Positions 10,874 through 20,315 are shown, counted from the first letter of the stretch. The stretch: 64,000 nucleotides of DNA from Deltaproteobacteria bacterium (GCA_040218735.1 JAVJQW010000063.1:1-64000); one strand, 5' to 3'. Notes: generated by a model not told the origin, from the sequence alone. A program made the numbers and translations.

Positions 10874-10930
10874 GATTCGGCCGATTCCGCGCCGCTTTGA
10901 AGCTCCAACCGGACGCGGGATGGCCGAATC
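10874..10930. promoter_or_regulatory. Divergent back-to-back sigma28-like promoters (9-bp inverted repeat)
   Basis: GATTCGGCC 10874-10882 and GGCCGAATC 10922-10930; each strand reads CAAN-N13/14-GCCGAATC 8-11 nt before its start codon. Confidence 0.5.
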
Positions 10931-10938
10931 CTCCAGAC

Positions 10939-11538
10939 ATGCGGTTCGTGATCTGCCTGGGCCTGGCGCTCGTCGTGTCTGGGTGCATCCTCGACGCGGA
11001 GCACCGCTGCGGACCGAACCAGGTCCTGACGCCGGACGAAGCATGCGTCTGCGACGACGTTTCGATCTGGAACAGCGACGGCACCGCTTGTGAGCCGTGT
11101 CCGTTCGACGAGGTTCCCGTCGGCGGCGCTTGCGCATGCCCCGAGGGGCTTCAGCGTGCTGCGGACGGCGTCAACTGCCTCCTCGCTCCGGCGCCCGATC
11201 CGGTCGCCGAGGCGCCGCCCGCGCCGATCGAAAATCCACCGCCGGTCGAGCTCGCCCGGTGTGAAGTCCACGAGGACTGCGAGGACGGCGCGTACTGTCG
11301 CCCCGAAGGCGAGGCCGCGAGCTGCCGCGCGATCCCGACCGGCATGGGGGAGACGTGTGCGTCCCACGCCGACTGCGCCGCGTTCGAGGCCGCCTACTGC
11401 GTTCCACAGGGTGACGTGTGCCTGGTCTCCGGGTGCTCGTCCGACCCCGACGACTGCCCGCCGGACTGGGGGTGCTGTGGCCTGTCTGCGTTCGGCTTCG
11501 AGGACGTCTGTGTCCCCGTCGGAACGTGTCCGCTCTGA
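10939..11538 (+). CDS. Cys-rich lipoprotein
   Basis: [16 protein letters not shown] lipobox; many paired Cys (CxxxxDC repeats). Confidence 0.8.
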   Translation: MRFVICLGLALVVSGCILDAEHRCGPNQVLTPDEACVCDDVSIWNSDGTACEPCPFDEVPVGGACACPEGLQRAADGVNCLLAPAPDPVAEAPPAPIENPPPVELARCEVHEDCEDGAYCRPEGEAASCRAIPTGMGETCASHADCAAFEAAYCVPQGDVCLVSGCSSDPDDCPPDWGCCGLSAFGFEDVCVPVGTCPL

Positions 11539-11550
11539 GGTTCCTTCGAG

Positions 11551-12819
11551 ATGTCCGTCGCGATCCTATTCCTGTTGGCCGCCCAGACGTCGAGCGCAAC
11601 GACGGCCGATGACCTCACCGCTTACCTCGGTACGGACGAGCTGTACTACGACATCGAGGGCGAGGGGCCCAAGCTGTCGCTGTACGGTTTCATCGACTTC
11701 TCCTACGCCAAACACGTCGCTCGTGAGCGTTCGACGCTCACGGATCTGGTCGCGCGCGACTCGTTCGCGATCGGTGGGGTCAACCTGTACCTGGACGCGA
11801 ACATCGCCCCGAAGTGGAGGTCACTGGCGGAGATCCGCGCGCACTACGCGCCGAACGGTGTCGAGGACCACGACTTCGAGACGGGCAACGTCACGACCAC
11901 CAACACGACCTACGTCGACCTGAACGACTACACGACCGAGACGCGGTGGGGGGGGATCGAGTTGGAGCGGGTGTGGCTCGAGTATGCGGCGTTTCCGTGG
12001 CTGCGGCTCAAGGCGGGGATTTGGCTGACGCCGTACGGCATCTGGAACGTCGACCACGGAAGCCCGACCATCGTGGGTGTTCGGCTCCCGACGCTCGTGC
12101 AGCAGGCGCTCTTCCCCGAGCGTCAGGCGGGGGTGCAGGTCGACGGTTCGTGGGGCTTCGACGAGTGGACGATCAAGTACGCGATGACGCTGTCCAACGG
12201 GCGCGGCAGCTTCGACGGGATCCGCGACCTCGACGGCAACAAGGCGATCGGTGGGCGGCTCGCGGTCGAGTGGAGCGGGAGCGCACAGCTGAGCGTAGGG
12301 ACGTCCGGGTACTACGGGCGTCACACCGCCGGGCGGCGAATCTTGGGCACCGTCGAGGATCCTACGAAGCAGCTCCCGACGTTCGATGTCGTCGTCGAGA
12401 CCCAATCGGACGAGCTGGCCCTGGGGGCGGACCTGCGCTTCATGTGGCGAGGGCTCCTGGTTCAGGCGGAGCTGGCCGGCCAGCGGGTCGCCTACACCGA
12501 CGAGGGACGGCCGCCCGCGGTGGCGGGGATTGCGGGGCTGCAGCCGGACCACCTCCGCTGGGGCGGGTACGGCCTGGCGGGGTATCGGATCGCGTTCCTG
12601 GGCCTGATGCCGTACGCGATGTACGAGTTCATCGACTTCGGCGCGCCGGTCCTGATCAAGAGGGCGTCGAGCCTCTCGCTCGGGATCAACGCGCGGCCGG
12701 TGCCGGCGGTGACGCTCAAGGTGGAGTACTCGCGACACAGCCTGTCCGAGGTCTCGATCGCGGGTCGGTCGTCGTCGCTCGTCTCCTCCATCACCACCCA
12801 GGCGGCGTGGGCATTCTGA
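11551..12819 (+). CDS. Outer-membrane porin-like beta-barrel
   Basis: Signal peptide, LYGFIDF, LERVWLEY, LKAGIWLTPYGIWNVDHGSP, LKVEY, C-terminal AWAF. Confidence 0.8.
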   Translation: MSVAILFLLAAQTSSATTADDLTAYLGTDELYYDIEGEGPKLSLYGFIDFSYAKHVARERSTLTDLVARDSFAIGGVNLYLDANIAPKWRSLAEIRAHYAPNGVEDHDFETGNVTTTNTTYVDLNDYTTETRWGGIELERVWLEYAAFPWLRLKAGIWLTPYGIWNVDHGSPTIVGVRLPTLVQQALFPERQAGVQVDGSWGFDEWTIKYAMTLSNGRGSFDGIRDLDGNKAIGGRLAVEWSGSAQLSVGTSGYYGRHTAGRRILGTVEDPTKQLPTFDVVVETQSDELALGADLRFMWRGLLVQAELAGQRVAYTDEGRPPAVAGIAGLQPDHLRWGGYGLAGYRIAFLGLMPYAMYEFIDFGAPVLIKRASSLSLGINARPVPAVTLKVEYSRHSLSEVSIAGRSSSLVSSITTQAAWAF

Positions 12820-12827
12820 GGCTGCCG

Positions 12828-13274
12828 ATGCGTGGAGTCGTCGCCACGATGGTGTTGTTGGCCGCGGTGCTCGGGCCTCGTGCCGTGCGCGCCGATGGGG
12901 ATTCGCTGGTGGTGATCGTGCACCCGTCGTGCCCTCTCGACGAAATCTCCAAGGCGGACCTGCGGCAGATCTTCACGCACAACCGCGTGCCGCACCCGAC
13001 GGGGAAGGCCTGGATTCCGCTCAACACGCCGGTGCGCACTCGTGAGCGCGTGACGTTCGACCTGTTGGTGCTCGACAAGACGCCGGAGGAGGTGGGTCGC
13101 TTCTGGGTGGACCAGAGGATCCGCGCCCAGAGTCGGCCTCCGCGGGTGGTGCCTTCGGTGAGGATCTCGGCGCGGGTCGTCGAGCGACTCCCCACCGGCA
13201 TCGCGTACGTTCCGAAGGCGCTCGTCCCGCCCGGGGTGAAGATCCTCCGGGTCGACGGCCGGGCGTCCCTGTAG
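12828..13274 (+). CDS. Small periplasmic PBP-like protein (phosphate ABC substrate-binding-like single domain)
   Basis: Signal peptide then LVVIVHP...ISKADLRQIF...RPP...VERLPTGIAYV...VKIL, a truncated PstS-like pattern; 3' end of ORF 11814..13274. Confidence 0.75.
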   Translation: MRGVVATMVLLAAVLGPRAVRADGDSLVVIVHPSCPLDEISKADLRQIFTHNRVPHPTGKAWIPLNTPVRTRERVTFDLLVLDKTPEEVGRFWVDQRIRAQSRPPRVVPSVRISARVVERLPTGIAYVPKALVPPGVKILRVDGRASL

Positions 13275-13373
13275 AGGGAGCGCGGGCCGCGCGCCACGGC
13301 GCCTCGGTGCCGGCCTCGGCCGGGGGTCGCCGATTTGACTTGGCGTTTGGGCAGGTTTAGCGATGAGGGCGGG

Positions 13374-14660
13374 ATGGCCAAGAAACGTGCGGCGAAGAAG
13401 TCCGCGTCCAAGAAGAAGACGGCTGTGAAGAAGTCGGCGGCGAAGAAGCGCACGGCGAAGAAGAAGGTCGCGAAGAAGACCGCAAAGAAATCCGCGTCGA
13501 AGAAGCGGGTCGCGAAGAAGAAGGCGACGGCGAAGAAGTCTGCCGCGAAGAAGTCGAGCGCGAAGAAGTCGGCGTCGAAGAAGCGGGTCGCGAAGAAGAA
13601 GGCGACGGCAAAGAAGTCTGCCGCGAAGCAGTCGGCGTCGAAGAAGCGGAGCGCGAAGAAGAAGGCGACGGCGAAGAAGTCTGCCGCGAAGAAGTCGGCG
13701 TCGAAGAAGTCGGCGTCGACGAAGCGGACCGCGAAGAAGAAGGCGACGGCAAAGAAGTCCGCCGCGAAGAAGGCTGCCCCGAAGAAGTCCGCCGCGAAGA
13801 AGGCGACCGCAAAGAAATCCGCCGCGAAGAAGGCGGCCGCAAAGAAGTCCGCCCCGAAGAAGGCGGTCGCAAAGAAATCCGCCCCGAAGAAGGCGGTCGC
13901 AAAGAAATCCGCACCGAAGAAGGCGGTCGCAAAGAAATCCGCCGCGAAGAAGGCGGCCGCAAAGAAGTCCGCCCCGAAGAAGGCGGTCGCAAAGAAATCC
14001 GCCGCGAAGAAGGCGACCGCAGCGAAATCCGCGGCGAAGAAGGCTGTCCCGAAGAAGGCCACTTCGAAGGCCGGCGCGAAGAAGCGCTCAGCGAAGAAGG
14101 CGGTCGCAAAGAAATCCGTTCCGAAGAAGGCGGCCGCAAAGAAATCCGCCCCGAAGAAGGCGGTCGCAAAGAAATCCGCCCCGAAGAAGGCGGTCGCAAA
14201 GAAATCCGCCCCGAAGAAGGCGGTCGCAAAGAAATCCGCCCCGAAGAAGGCGGCCGCAAAGAAGTCCGCCCCGAAGAAGGCGGCCGCAAAGAAATCTGCC
14301 CCCGCCGCGCGCGAGGCGATGAACCGGCCCGTGCGTCCGAAGTCGGCGCTGCCGCCCGACCACGAGCTCCTCGAGGTGAAGTTCGGCCCGGCGCAGCCGG
14401 CGGATCGTCAGGTCGCCATCGAGGCGATTCGTGCCGCGTTCGCCGGCGCCAAGAAGCACCCCGTCTCGGGTCGTGCGCGCTTCACGACGACGCGGCTCGA
14501 CCCGCCGCGCGAAGGTGACATCGACTACGCGTTCGCGCAGGCGGCCCAGGCCGCCGCCCAAGAGGTGCTCGCCGTCGCGGAGAGCCTCGACGAGGACAAA
14601 CGCGCCGTCGACGAGCGCATCGCCTCCGTCTATCAGCGCGACGCCGACAAGAACGACTGA
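13374..14660 (+). CDS. Histone H1-like Lys/Ala-rich protein with a C-terminal globular domain of about 115 aa
   Basis: About 310 aa of AKKSAPKKAV/AKKSAAKKAT repeats followed by a non-repetitive domain. Confidence 0.8.
   Translation: MAKKRAAKKSASKKKTAVKKSAAKKRTAKKKVAKKTAKKSASKKRVAKKKATAKKSAAKKSSAKKSASKKRVAKKKATAKKSAAKQSASKKRSAKKKATAKKSAAKKSASKKSASTKRTAKKKATAKKSAAKKAAPKKSAAKKATAKKSAAKKAAAKKSAPKKAVAKKSAPKKAVAKKSAPKKAVAKKSAAKKAAAKKSAPKKAVAKKSAAKKATAAKSAAKKAVPKKATSKAGAKKRSAKKAVAKKSVPKKAAAKKSAPKKAVAKKSAPKKAVAKKSAPKKAVAKKSAPKKAAAKKSAPKKAAAKKSAPAAREAMNRPVRPKSALPPDHELLEVKFGPAQPADRQVAIEAIRAAFAGAKKHPVSGRARFTTTRLDPPREGDIDYAFAQAAQAAAQEVLAVAESLDEDKRAVDERIASVYQRDADKND
13750..14300 (+). repeat. Intragenic 30-bp tandem repeat array
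   Basis: Unit near GCAAAGAAATCCGCCCCGAAGAAGGCGGTC repeated many times with small variants. Confidence 0.9.
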
Positions 14661-14702
14661 TCGCCGTCACTCGCCCCGAAAGGCGGACCGCTCCGGCCGC
14701 GC

Positions 14703-14966
14703 TCAGGTCGGGGCGTTCAACCCCAGCTCGTCCATCATCTGCCGAAGATCGTAGTACCCGCCGGCCGGCGGGAGCTCTTCGTTTGCGACGATGCGCCGCA
14801 CGAAGCACTCGAACACACCGCGAATTTCCTTGGGCCCCAGCCCGCCGGACTTCAGCGTCCGAACGAACGTCACCGAGTTCGCCTGCTCGGCTTGCGTGTA
14901 GACGTCGTCCGGCGCGAGGCCATCCACGTACGCCGTCCACTCTTCGTAGCTCTGCGGCTCGCTCAA
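14703..14966 (-). CDS. 87-aa acidic hypothetical protein coupled to the SNF2 helicase
   Basis: TTG at 14966 overlaps the helicase stop (TTGA), purine-rich upstream sequence; SEPQSYEEWTAYVDGL...GGYYDLRQMM. Confidence 0.65.
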   Translation of the reverse strand: MSEPQSYEEWTAYVDGLAPDDVYTQAEQANSVTFVRTLKSGGLGPKEIRGVFECFVRRIVANEELPPAGGYYDLRQMMDELGLNAPT

Positions 14967-17900
14967 TCCTCGTCCCCCGCCGGCTGCTTCGGCCCCGACT
15001 CGTCCAGGAACGCGGGACGTCGGATGCCCTCCGCGGCCGGCGTCGCCAACAGATCGATGATGCTCTGCTTCAGCCCGGTCATGCTGGCCGGCTGGTGCTC
15101 CATGTCGCTCCACTCGGCGCCGAGCTGTACCTCCTGCGGCTTGATGATCAGGTCCTGGAAGATGCGGTCCTGATTCTCCTGAACCTCACGCCGCATCTCG
15201 TCCAGCGTCGTGTAGTACTTGTTCCGGCGGCCGGAGAGCCTCACGTCGAACGTGAACTCCTTCACCGGGTCGATCTGACCGTGCCGCCACACGCGCCCGA
15301 GCCGCTGGTTCATCTTCTCGGCGTCGACGCGGTCGAAGTGCATCACCGTGTCGAACGCGTGCTGCATGTTGAGCCCCGTCCCGTACTGCTGCGCCTCGGC
15401 CGCGACCGTCAGGACGTTCGGGTCGAGCTTGATCACGTTGTCGAGCACGAACTGCCGCCACTCCGACTCCTCGTACTGCGGGTTGTCGGCGCTCTCCTCG
15501 GCGTTCGGGTCCGGCCGGTACGCCTGCGCGGTGAACGGGAGTGAGAAGGGCCCGTAGCTATCGAGCTCCTCGCCGTCGCGGAACATCCGGATTTCCTTGC
15601 GGAGCGCCACGACCTGAATCTTGCCCGGGAACTCCTCGGACATCCGCTGGCCGGTGCGCAGCAGCATCTCCCGATCCTTCTCGTGGAAGATCACCGACCG
15701 CGACTGCGAGTCCGACGCCTCGAGGCGCTGCGCCACGACCTCGATCGCCGCTTCGATCTTCGGCGACAGCTCACCGTGCCGCGAGTAGACCTGCCACGGG
15801 GTGTTCGCCAGCGTGTCGAGGAAACCCACGCGCCGCGACTGCCCGCCGTTGAGCAGACGACGCGTCCGCTGATCCTTCGCGCTCCGGTTCAGGTCCGGCC
15901 GGCCCTTCACCTTGCCACCGTCCGCGTGCAGCGTGATCGCGCCCCGCATCGGCACCTTCAGCCCATGCAGCTTCTTCTTGTACTCGCGCTCGATCGACGG
16001 GTGCATCTTCACGCGCACCGTCTCCCGTGTCAGCGGCGGCAACGGCGCCTCGGGGATCGCCGTCTTGTCGATGTACTGGACGTTCTTGTTGACCCACGCC
16101 TCGTACTCTTGGCGCGCGACCTCGTCGGCCGTCGGTCCCACGACCACGCCACCGACGCGCGACGCGTAGCGCTGCTCGAATTTCCTTCGGTCCGCCCAGT
16201 GCGCGCGTGCCTCGGACGGGTCCGTCATGTTCACGTTGTTCGCGATCTGAACCAGGTTGTAGACCTCGCGTGGGTCCGCCTTGTCCATGACCGAGGCCGT
16301 CATGAGGATCTTGCGCGGGTGGTTCACGCGGTAGGCCGACTTCGTCGCCACCCACTTCTCGTTCTTCAGCGCCTGCGCCTCGTCGAAGATCACCGAGACG
16401 TAGTCGCTCGGCTCGAACGGCTTGCCGTCGCGCTCGTTCGAACGCTCCGCCCGCGAGAACTCCGGGTACTCGACGATGTCGAGGTGACGCAGGAGGAACT
16501 CGGCGTCCTTGTTCTTCAGGAACTTCCGAACTTCGTTGCGTACGTTGCCGGTGTGTCCCTCGGGGCAGACGTAGAGGAAGCGACCGTTGTTGTCCGGCGC
16601 CGCCTGCACGCCGTCGCGGATGAGCTTCTGCATCATCGCGATCGCGATCAGCGTCTTGCCGCCGCCCGTACCGAGCCCGACCACGCCGCGGTTCCCGTTC
16701 GCCTCGAGCCGCGCGAGGATGCGCTGCTGCACGGCGTGGAAGTTCAACGTAGACCGCTTCCCGCCCGGCGTCGTGATCTGCTTGCGGAACCCACCGATCG
16801 CCTCGGCCGTGTAGAAGTCGAGGTTGTCCGAAGCCATCGCCGCGTTGAGCTTCGTCAGGTCGTCGAAGTACGCGCCGAGCACGTCGTTCGCGCCGGGTGA
16901 CAACAGCACCGACCCGCCCAACGCCTCGCGCACCGCCTCGAAGTACCGCGGCTCGAAGTAGAAGCGACGGTTGAGCGAACCCTCCGCGTACTTCACGTCC
17001 GGGATCGCCTTCGACAGCTTGCGCATCGTCCGGCGCAGCGTCGTCGCCGACTTGCCCTGGCTGCCGGGGAGCTCGACCGCCATCATCTGGACCTTGCGCT
17101 TGCCGCGCTTCACCTCGGCGACCGAGATGTAGGGCTCGTACTTCGACGGGTTGACGCGGGTCGGCACCATCACGCCGCGCTTCTTCGACGGCGCCAAACG
17201 GAACGCCGTCCCCTCGAGCATGCGGCCTTGTGAGTTGATCAGGTCGTCGACCAGGACACCCTTGAAGCGCCCGTCCACGACGACGCGCTGCTGCCCCTGC
17301 TCCGTTTCGACCCAGCGCGTGGGGACGACGCGCGTCTGTCCGTTCTGCTTCGCGGCGTCGTCGGTCAGCGCGACGAACTCCGGCTCGGGCTGCTCCTTCT
17401 CGAGCTCCTTGAGCCGCTTGAAGGTCACGCTCTTGAGCTTCTTCGGATCCGCGCCCGCCAGTCGCTCCGCCTTCGCGAGGCGGCTCATCGCCTTCAGGTC
17501 GCGCATCCGCTGCCGCGACCACGCCTTCACCGTCGGCGCCTTCTCACCTTCGGCGAGCGACGGCTCGAAGACGTACGCCTGGGTGCCGCGCGTTCCGAGG
17601 TGCACGACCTTCCCGAGGATGCGCGCCTTGCTCGGCACCATGCCCTCGTCGAGGATGCGGTCGACGATGCGCTCCTCGATCTTCGCGTAGGCCTCGCGCT
17701 GGAACTGCTTCTGCTCGTACAGCTCCGGGTGCTGATCGCGGAGCTGCTTCATCGCCACCGCGGTCGGCGTCATCATGTGCAGATCCGCCCACGCGCGCTT
17801 GCGCACCGACGGCGACTTCGACTGCGTGTGCGGCGCTTCGGCCAGATGAATGCCCTGGCGCTCCGCCACCTCCACCACGAGGTCGCGGTACTTCGTCCCG

Positions 17901-18544
17901 ATCTCACTCCACCGCTGCGTGTCCTCCGCGCGGTTTCCGGACAGCATCCCGAACAGACCCTTGAGGTCCTGCACGTGCTGGTAGATCCGGTTCATCAAGC
18001 TCGGCGGGAAGCTCCCGTTCTTGCGCCCGCGGCTCGTCGTCAACGCGATGACCACCTCGTCGAGGCGCTCCGTCAACGGCTGCGGCGGCTCCGCGCCGAG
18101 CTCCACCCGCCGCAGGTCCGCGTAGAACTCGAAGAACGCGATCCCCGGCGCGCCGAACTCCTTGAGGAACGCCTGCTTCGCAGCACCCGAGTAGACGCGC
18201 GCCGCCGTCGCGCGACGCTTCGGCGTCAGCTGCGCATCGAGCTGCGAAGCAAAGGGCTCCGCGTCCTGCCACTGGCGGTTCTTCGAGCTGGTCCGCGAGT
18301 GGTCGTCGAGACGTCGCTGCGTCGACGTCCACTTCTCCGCGTCGGCGAAGACGCCGTTGCGGTCGAAGTAGCCCGCGATCTCTTCCTTGCGCGCCTCGTC
18401 GATCTGCCCGGCCTCGACGAGCCCCGTGAGCGTTCGATCGAGCTCACGGTGAGCGCGGGCCTCGGTGTGCCCTTCGCGGATGCGCATTCCCGCCAACGCT
18501 TCGGCGACGCCGGCGTCGAGGGAGGTGATGAAAGGGCGGGGCAT
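14963..18544 (-). CDS. SNF2-like superfamily-2 helicase/translocase with long unknown N-terminus
   Basis: Motif I GTGGGKT, Ia LYVCP, II DEAQ, III TAS, V GTGLNMQ, VI QRLGRVWRHGQ. Confidence 0.88.
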   Translation of the reverse strand: MPRPFITSLDAGVAEALAGMRIREGHTEARAHRELDRTLTGLVEAGQIDEARKEEIAGYFDRNGVFADAEKWTSTQRRLDDHSRTSSKNRQWQDAEPFASQLDAQLTPKRRATAARVYSGAAKQAFLKEFGAPGIAFFEFYADLRRVELGAEPPQPLTERLDEVVIALTTSRGRKNGSFPPSLMNRIYQHVQDLKGLFGMLSGNRAEDTQRWSEIGTKYRDLVVEVAERQGIHLAEAPHTQSKSPSVRKRAWADLHMMTPTAVAMKQLRDQHPELYEQKQFQREAYAKIEERIVDRILDEGMVPSKARILGKVVHLGTRGTQAYVFEPSLAEGEKAPTVKAWSRQRMRDLKAMSRLAKAERLAGADPKKLKSVTFKRLKELEKEQPEPEFVALTDDAAKQNGQTRVVPTRWVETEQGQQRVVVDGRFKGVLVDDLINSQGRMLEGTAFRLAPSKKRGVMVPTRVNPSKYEPYISVAEVKRGKRKVQMMAVELPGSQGKSATTLRRTMRKLSKAIPDVKYAEGSLNRRFYFEPRYFEAVREALGGSVLLSPGANDVLGAYFDDLTKLNAAMASDNLDFYTAEAIGGFRKQITTPGGKRSTLNFHAVQQRILARLEANGNRGVVGLGTGGGKTLIAIAMMQKLIRDGVQAAPDNNGRFLYVCPEGHTGNVRNEVRKFLKNKDAEFLLRHLDIVEYPEFSRAERSNERDGKPFEPSDYVSVIFDEAQALKNEKWVATKSAYRVNHPRKILMTASVMDKADPREVYNLVQIANNVNMTDPSEARAHWADRRKFEQRYASRVGGVVVGPTADEVARQEYEAWVNKNVQYIDKTAIPEAPLPPLTRETVRVKMHPSIEREYKKKLHGLKVPMRGAITLHADGGKVKGRPDLNRSAKDQRTRRLLNGGQSRRVGFLDTLANTPWQVYSRHGELSPKIEAAIEVVAQRLEASDSQSRSVIFHEKDREMLLRTGQRMSEEFPGKIQVVALRKEIRMFRDGEELDSYGPFSLPFTAQAYRPDPNAEESADNPQYEESEWRQFVLDNVIKLDPNVLTVAAEAQQYGTGLNMQHAFDTVMHFDRVDAEKMNQRLGRVWRHGQIDPVKEFTFDVRLSGRRNKYYTTLDEMRREVQENQDRIFQDLIIKPQEVQLGAEWSDMEHQPASMTGLKQSIIDLLATPAAEGIRRPAFLDESGPKQPAGDED

Positions 18545-18555
18545 ACTGAATGAAA

Positions 18556-18581
18556 TTCTCGGCAGCGATGAGGATAAGTTG
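18556..18581 (-). promoter_or_regulatory. Sigma28-like promoter of the helicase operon
   Basis: Minus strand CAAC-N14-GCCGAGAA, 11 nt before ATG. Confidence 0.4.
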
Positions 18582-18690
18582 TCTCAATCCTACATAGTAC
18601 ATTCCCGACACGAATGAAATCCGTAGGGGACCCCCTCTGCGCGCCGAACCACGGTTTACACCCCGAGGAAAGTGGCCTAGCCCGTCTTGG

Positions 18691-19764
18691 GTGTACCGAA
18701 CCCTGATCGCAGCGACCGCCGCGTTCTCCTGCCTCGCCTGCGGCGCCGTCCAGAGCGCCACGAAGGCCGGCATGAAGCCGATCCTCACCAACGGGATCGA
18801 CGGCTTCGTCTCGGAGCCCGACGAGGTCATCGCCGAGGGCGCCCTCCTCGCGAACATGAAGCTCATCGAAGGCGTCGTCGCCACGTACCCCGACGACGTC
18901 GAGCTTCTCGAGATGGCCGCGATGGCTCGCGCCAACTACGCGTTCGGCTTCGTTCAGGACGAGCTCGAAGCGCTCCGCCTCGCCCACCCGGACCGAGGTG
19001 ACGCCGCCGCGCTCCTCCTGTGGCGCCTCCAGCAGAGCTACGCCGCTGGCCGAAGCTACGCCGAGCGCGCCCTCGCCGAGCGCAACGGCGCGTGGCGCGA
19101 TGCGTTGAAGGACACCCGCCTCGAAGACCTCTCGCAAGAGGACTTCGAAGCCGCGCTCGACACCCTCGGTGAAGACGAGGCGAACGCACTCTTCTGGCTC
19201 GCCTTCACCTGGGGCGGCGCGATGCAGGCCTACCTCGACCCCTCCGCCGCCACCCAGGCCCCCAAGGTCGAAAAAGCGATCTTCCGGGTCCTCGCCCTCG
19301 ACGAGCAGGTCTTCTACGGCGTCGGACCCCACATGCTCGCGGGGGTCTTCTTCGGCTTCCGCGCCCCGGCCATCGGCGGCGACCCGGTCAAAGCCGAAGA
19401 ACACCTCGACCTCGCCCAGAAGGCCGGCGACGTCCTCCTCCCCGAAGTCCTCAAGGCGCAGTTCGTCTACGCGCAAACCGAAGCGCAGGAGAAGTTCGTC
19501 GCCACGCTGACGCGGGTGATCGGCGCGAAGCCCAACCCGCAGCGCGGCCTCCTCGAAGCGCTCGCGAAGAAACGCGCGTGCCGACTCCTCGCCAACCTCG
19601 ACAGCTACTTCCTCGACGACGCCAAGCCCGTCCCCGACACTTGCCGTCGGATGCCGCACAAGTACCGCCTGCGCGCGGAGCCACTCGAGCCGCCGGAGGA
19701 AGAGGAAGAAGCGCCGGCCGAAGCGCCAGCCGAGCCGCCGCCGGTCGACGGAGACGCCACGTGA
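18691..19764 (+). CDS. tatT: TRAP transporter TatT (T) component, TPR-like lipoprotein
   Basis: Lipobox SCLA-C; NMKLIEGVVATYPDD, YAFGFV, LFWLAFTWG, ALDEQVFYG, GGDPVKAEEH; adjacent to dctQM. Confidence 0.85.
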   Translation: MYRTLIAATAAFSCLACGAVQSATKAGMKPILTNGIDGFVSEPDEVIAEGALLANMKLIEGVVATYPDDVELLEMAAMARANYAFGFVQDELEALRLAHPDRGDAAALLLWRLQQSYAAGRSYAERALAERNGAWRDALKDTRLEDLSQEDFEAALDTLGEDEANALFWLAFTWGGAMQAYLDPSAATQAPKVEKAIFRVLALDEQVFYGVGPHMLAGVFFGFRAPAIGGDPVKAEEHLDLAQKAGDVLLPEVLKAQFVYAQTEAQEKFVATLTRVIGAKPNPQRGLLEALAKKRACRLLANLDSYFLDDAKPVPDTCRRMPHKYRLRAEPLEPPEEEEEAPAEAPAEPPPVDGDAT

Positions 19765-20315
19765 GCGACACCACCCCCCGCGACTTCATCGACAAGATCG
19801 ACGGCGCCATCGCCCGCGGCGAAGCGTTCATGCTGGTCGCCGTCCTCGCGACGATGATCGGCCTCGCGACGCTGCAACTCATCTTGCGCAAGTTCTTCTC
19901 GTCCGGCTTCGAGTGGGCGGACGTCGTCGTGCGCCAGATGGTGCTGTGGGTCGGTTTCGTCGGCGGCGCGCACGCGACTTACCTCGGACGCCACATCGCG
20001 ATCGACGCGGTCAGCAAGCTCCTCGGCCCCAAACGCGCCGCGTGGCTGCGGGTGTTCAACTGCATCATCGCCGCGGTCGTCACCGGCATCCTGCTCGTCG
20101 TCTCGTACAACTACGTCGTCGCGGAGCGTGGTGAGTTCTTCTCGGCGCTCGGCACCGAGGACAGCGAAGCCGGGAGCATCGAGTCGTGGCCGTTCGACAC
20201 GATCATGCCCTTTGCGTTCGCGGCGATCGTGTTCCACTTCGTCGTCGCCGCGAAGAACCACCTGCTCGTCGCGATCGGTAAACGCGAAGCCCCGGCCGAG
20301 GAGGTGGAGGCGTGA
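19761..20315 (+). CDS. dctQ: TRAP transporter small permease DctQ
   Basis: 4 TM, QLILRK, EWADVVVRQMVLWVGFVGG, HIAID; GTGA overlap with tatT. Confidence 0.9.
   Translation: MSDTTPRDFIDKIDGAIARGEAFMLVAVLATMIGLATLQLILRKFFSSGFEWADVVVRQMVLWVGFVGGAHATYLGRHIAIDAVSKLLGPKRAAWLRVFNCIIAAVVTGILLVVSYNYVVAERGEFFSALGTEDSEAGSIESWPFDTIMPFAFAAIVFHFVVAAKNHLLVAIGKREAPAEEVEA

Noticed and set aside
10873-10883. 11-bp match (TGATTCGGCCG) to the IS21 terminus
   Set aside because: Lacks the internal ACTGACCCACC repeats, lies 10 kb away, and is better explained as a promoter element or chance
12791-14289. Phe/Ala-rich membrane-like ORF and RPPSSGRISL repeat ORF on the minus strand
   Set aside because: Antisense readings of the AAG-rich H1-like gene; the same applies to 38565-39335
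13750-14300. 30-bp repeats as a possible CRISPR array
   Set aside because: Contiguous in-frame coding repeats with no spacers and no cas genes
18691-19764. tatT as a twin-arginine translocase subunit
   Set aside because: Name coincidence; it is the TRAP-associated T lipoprotein
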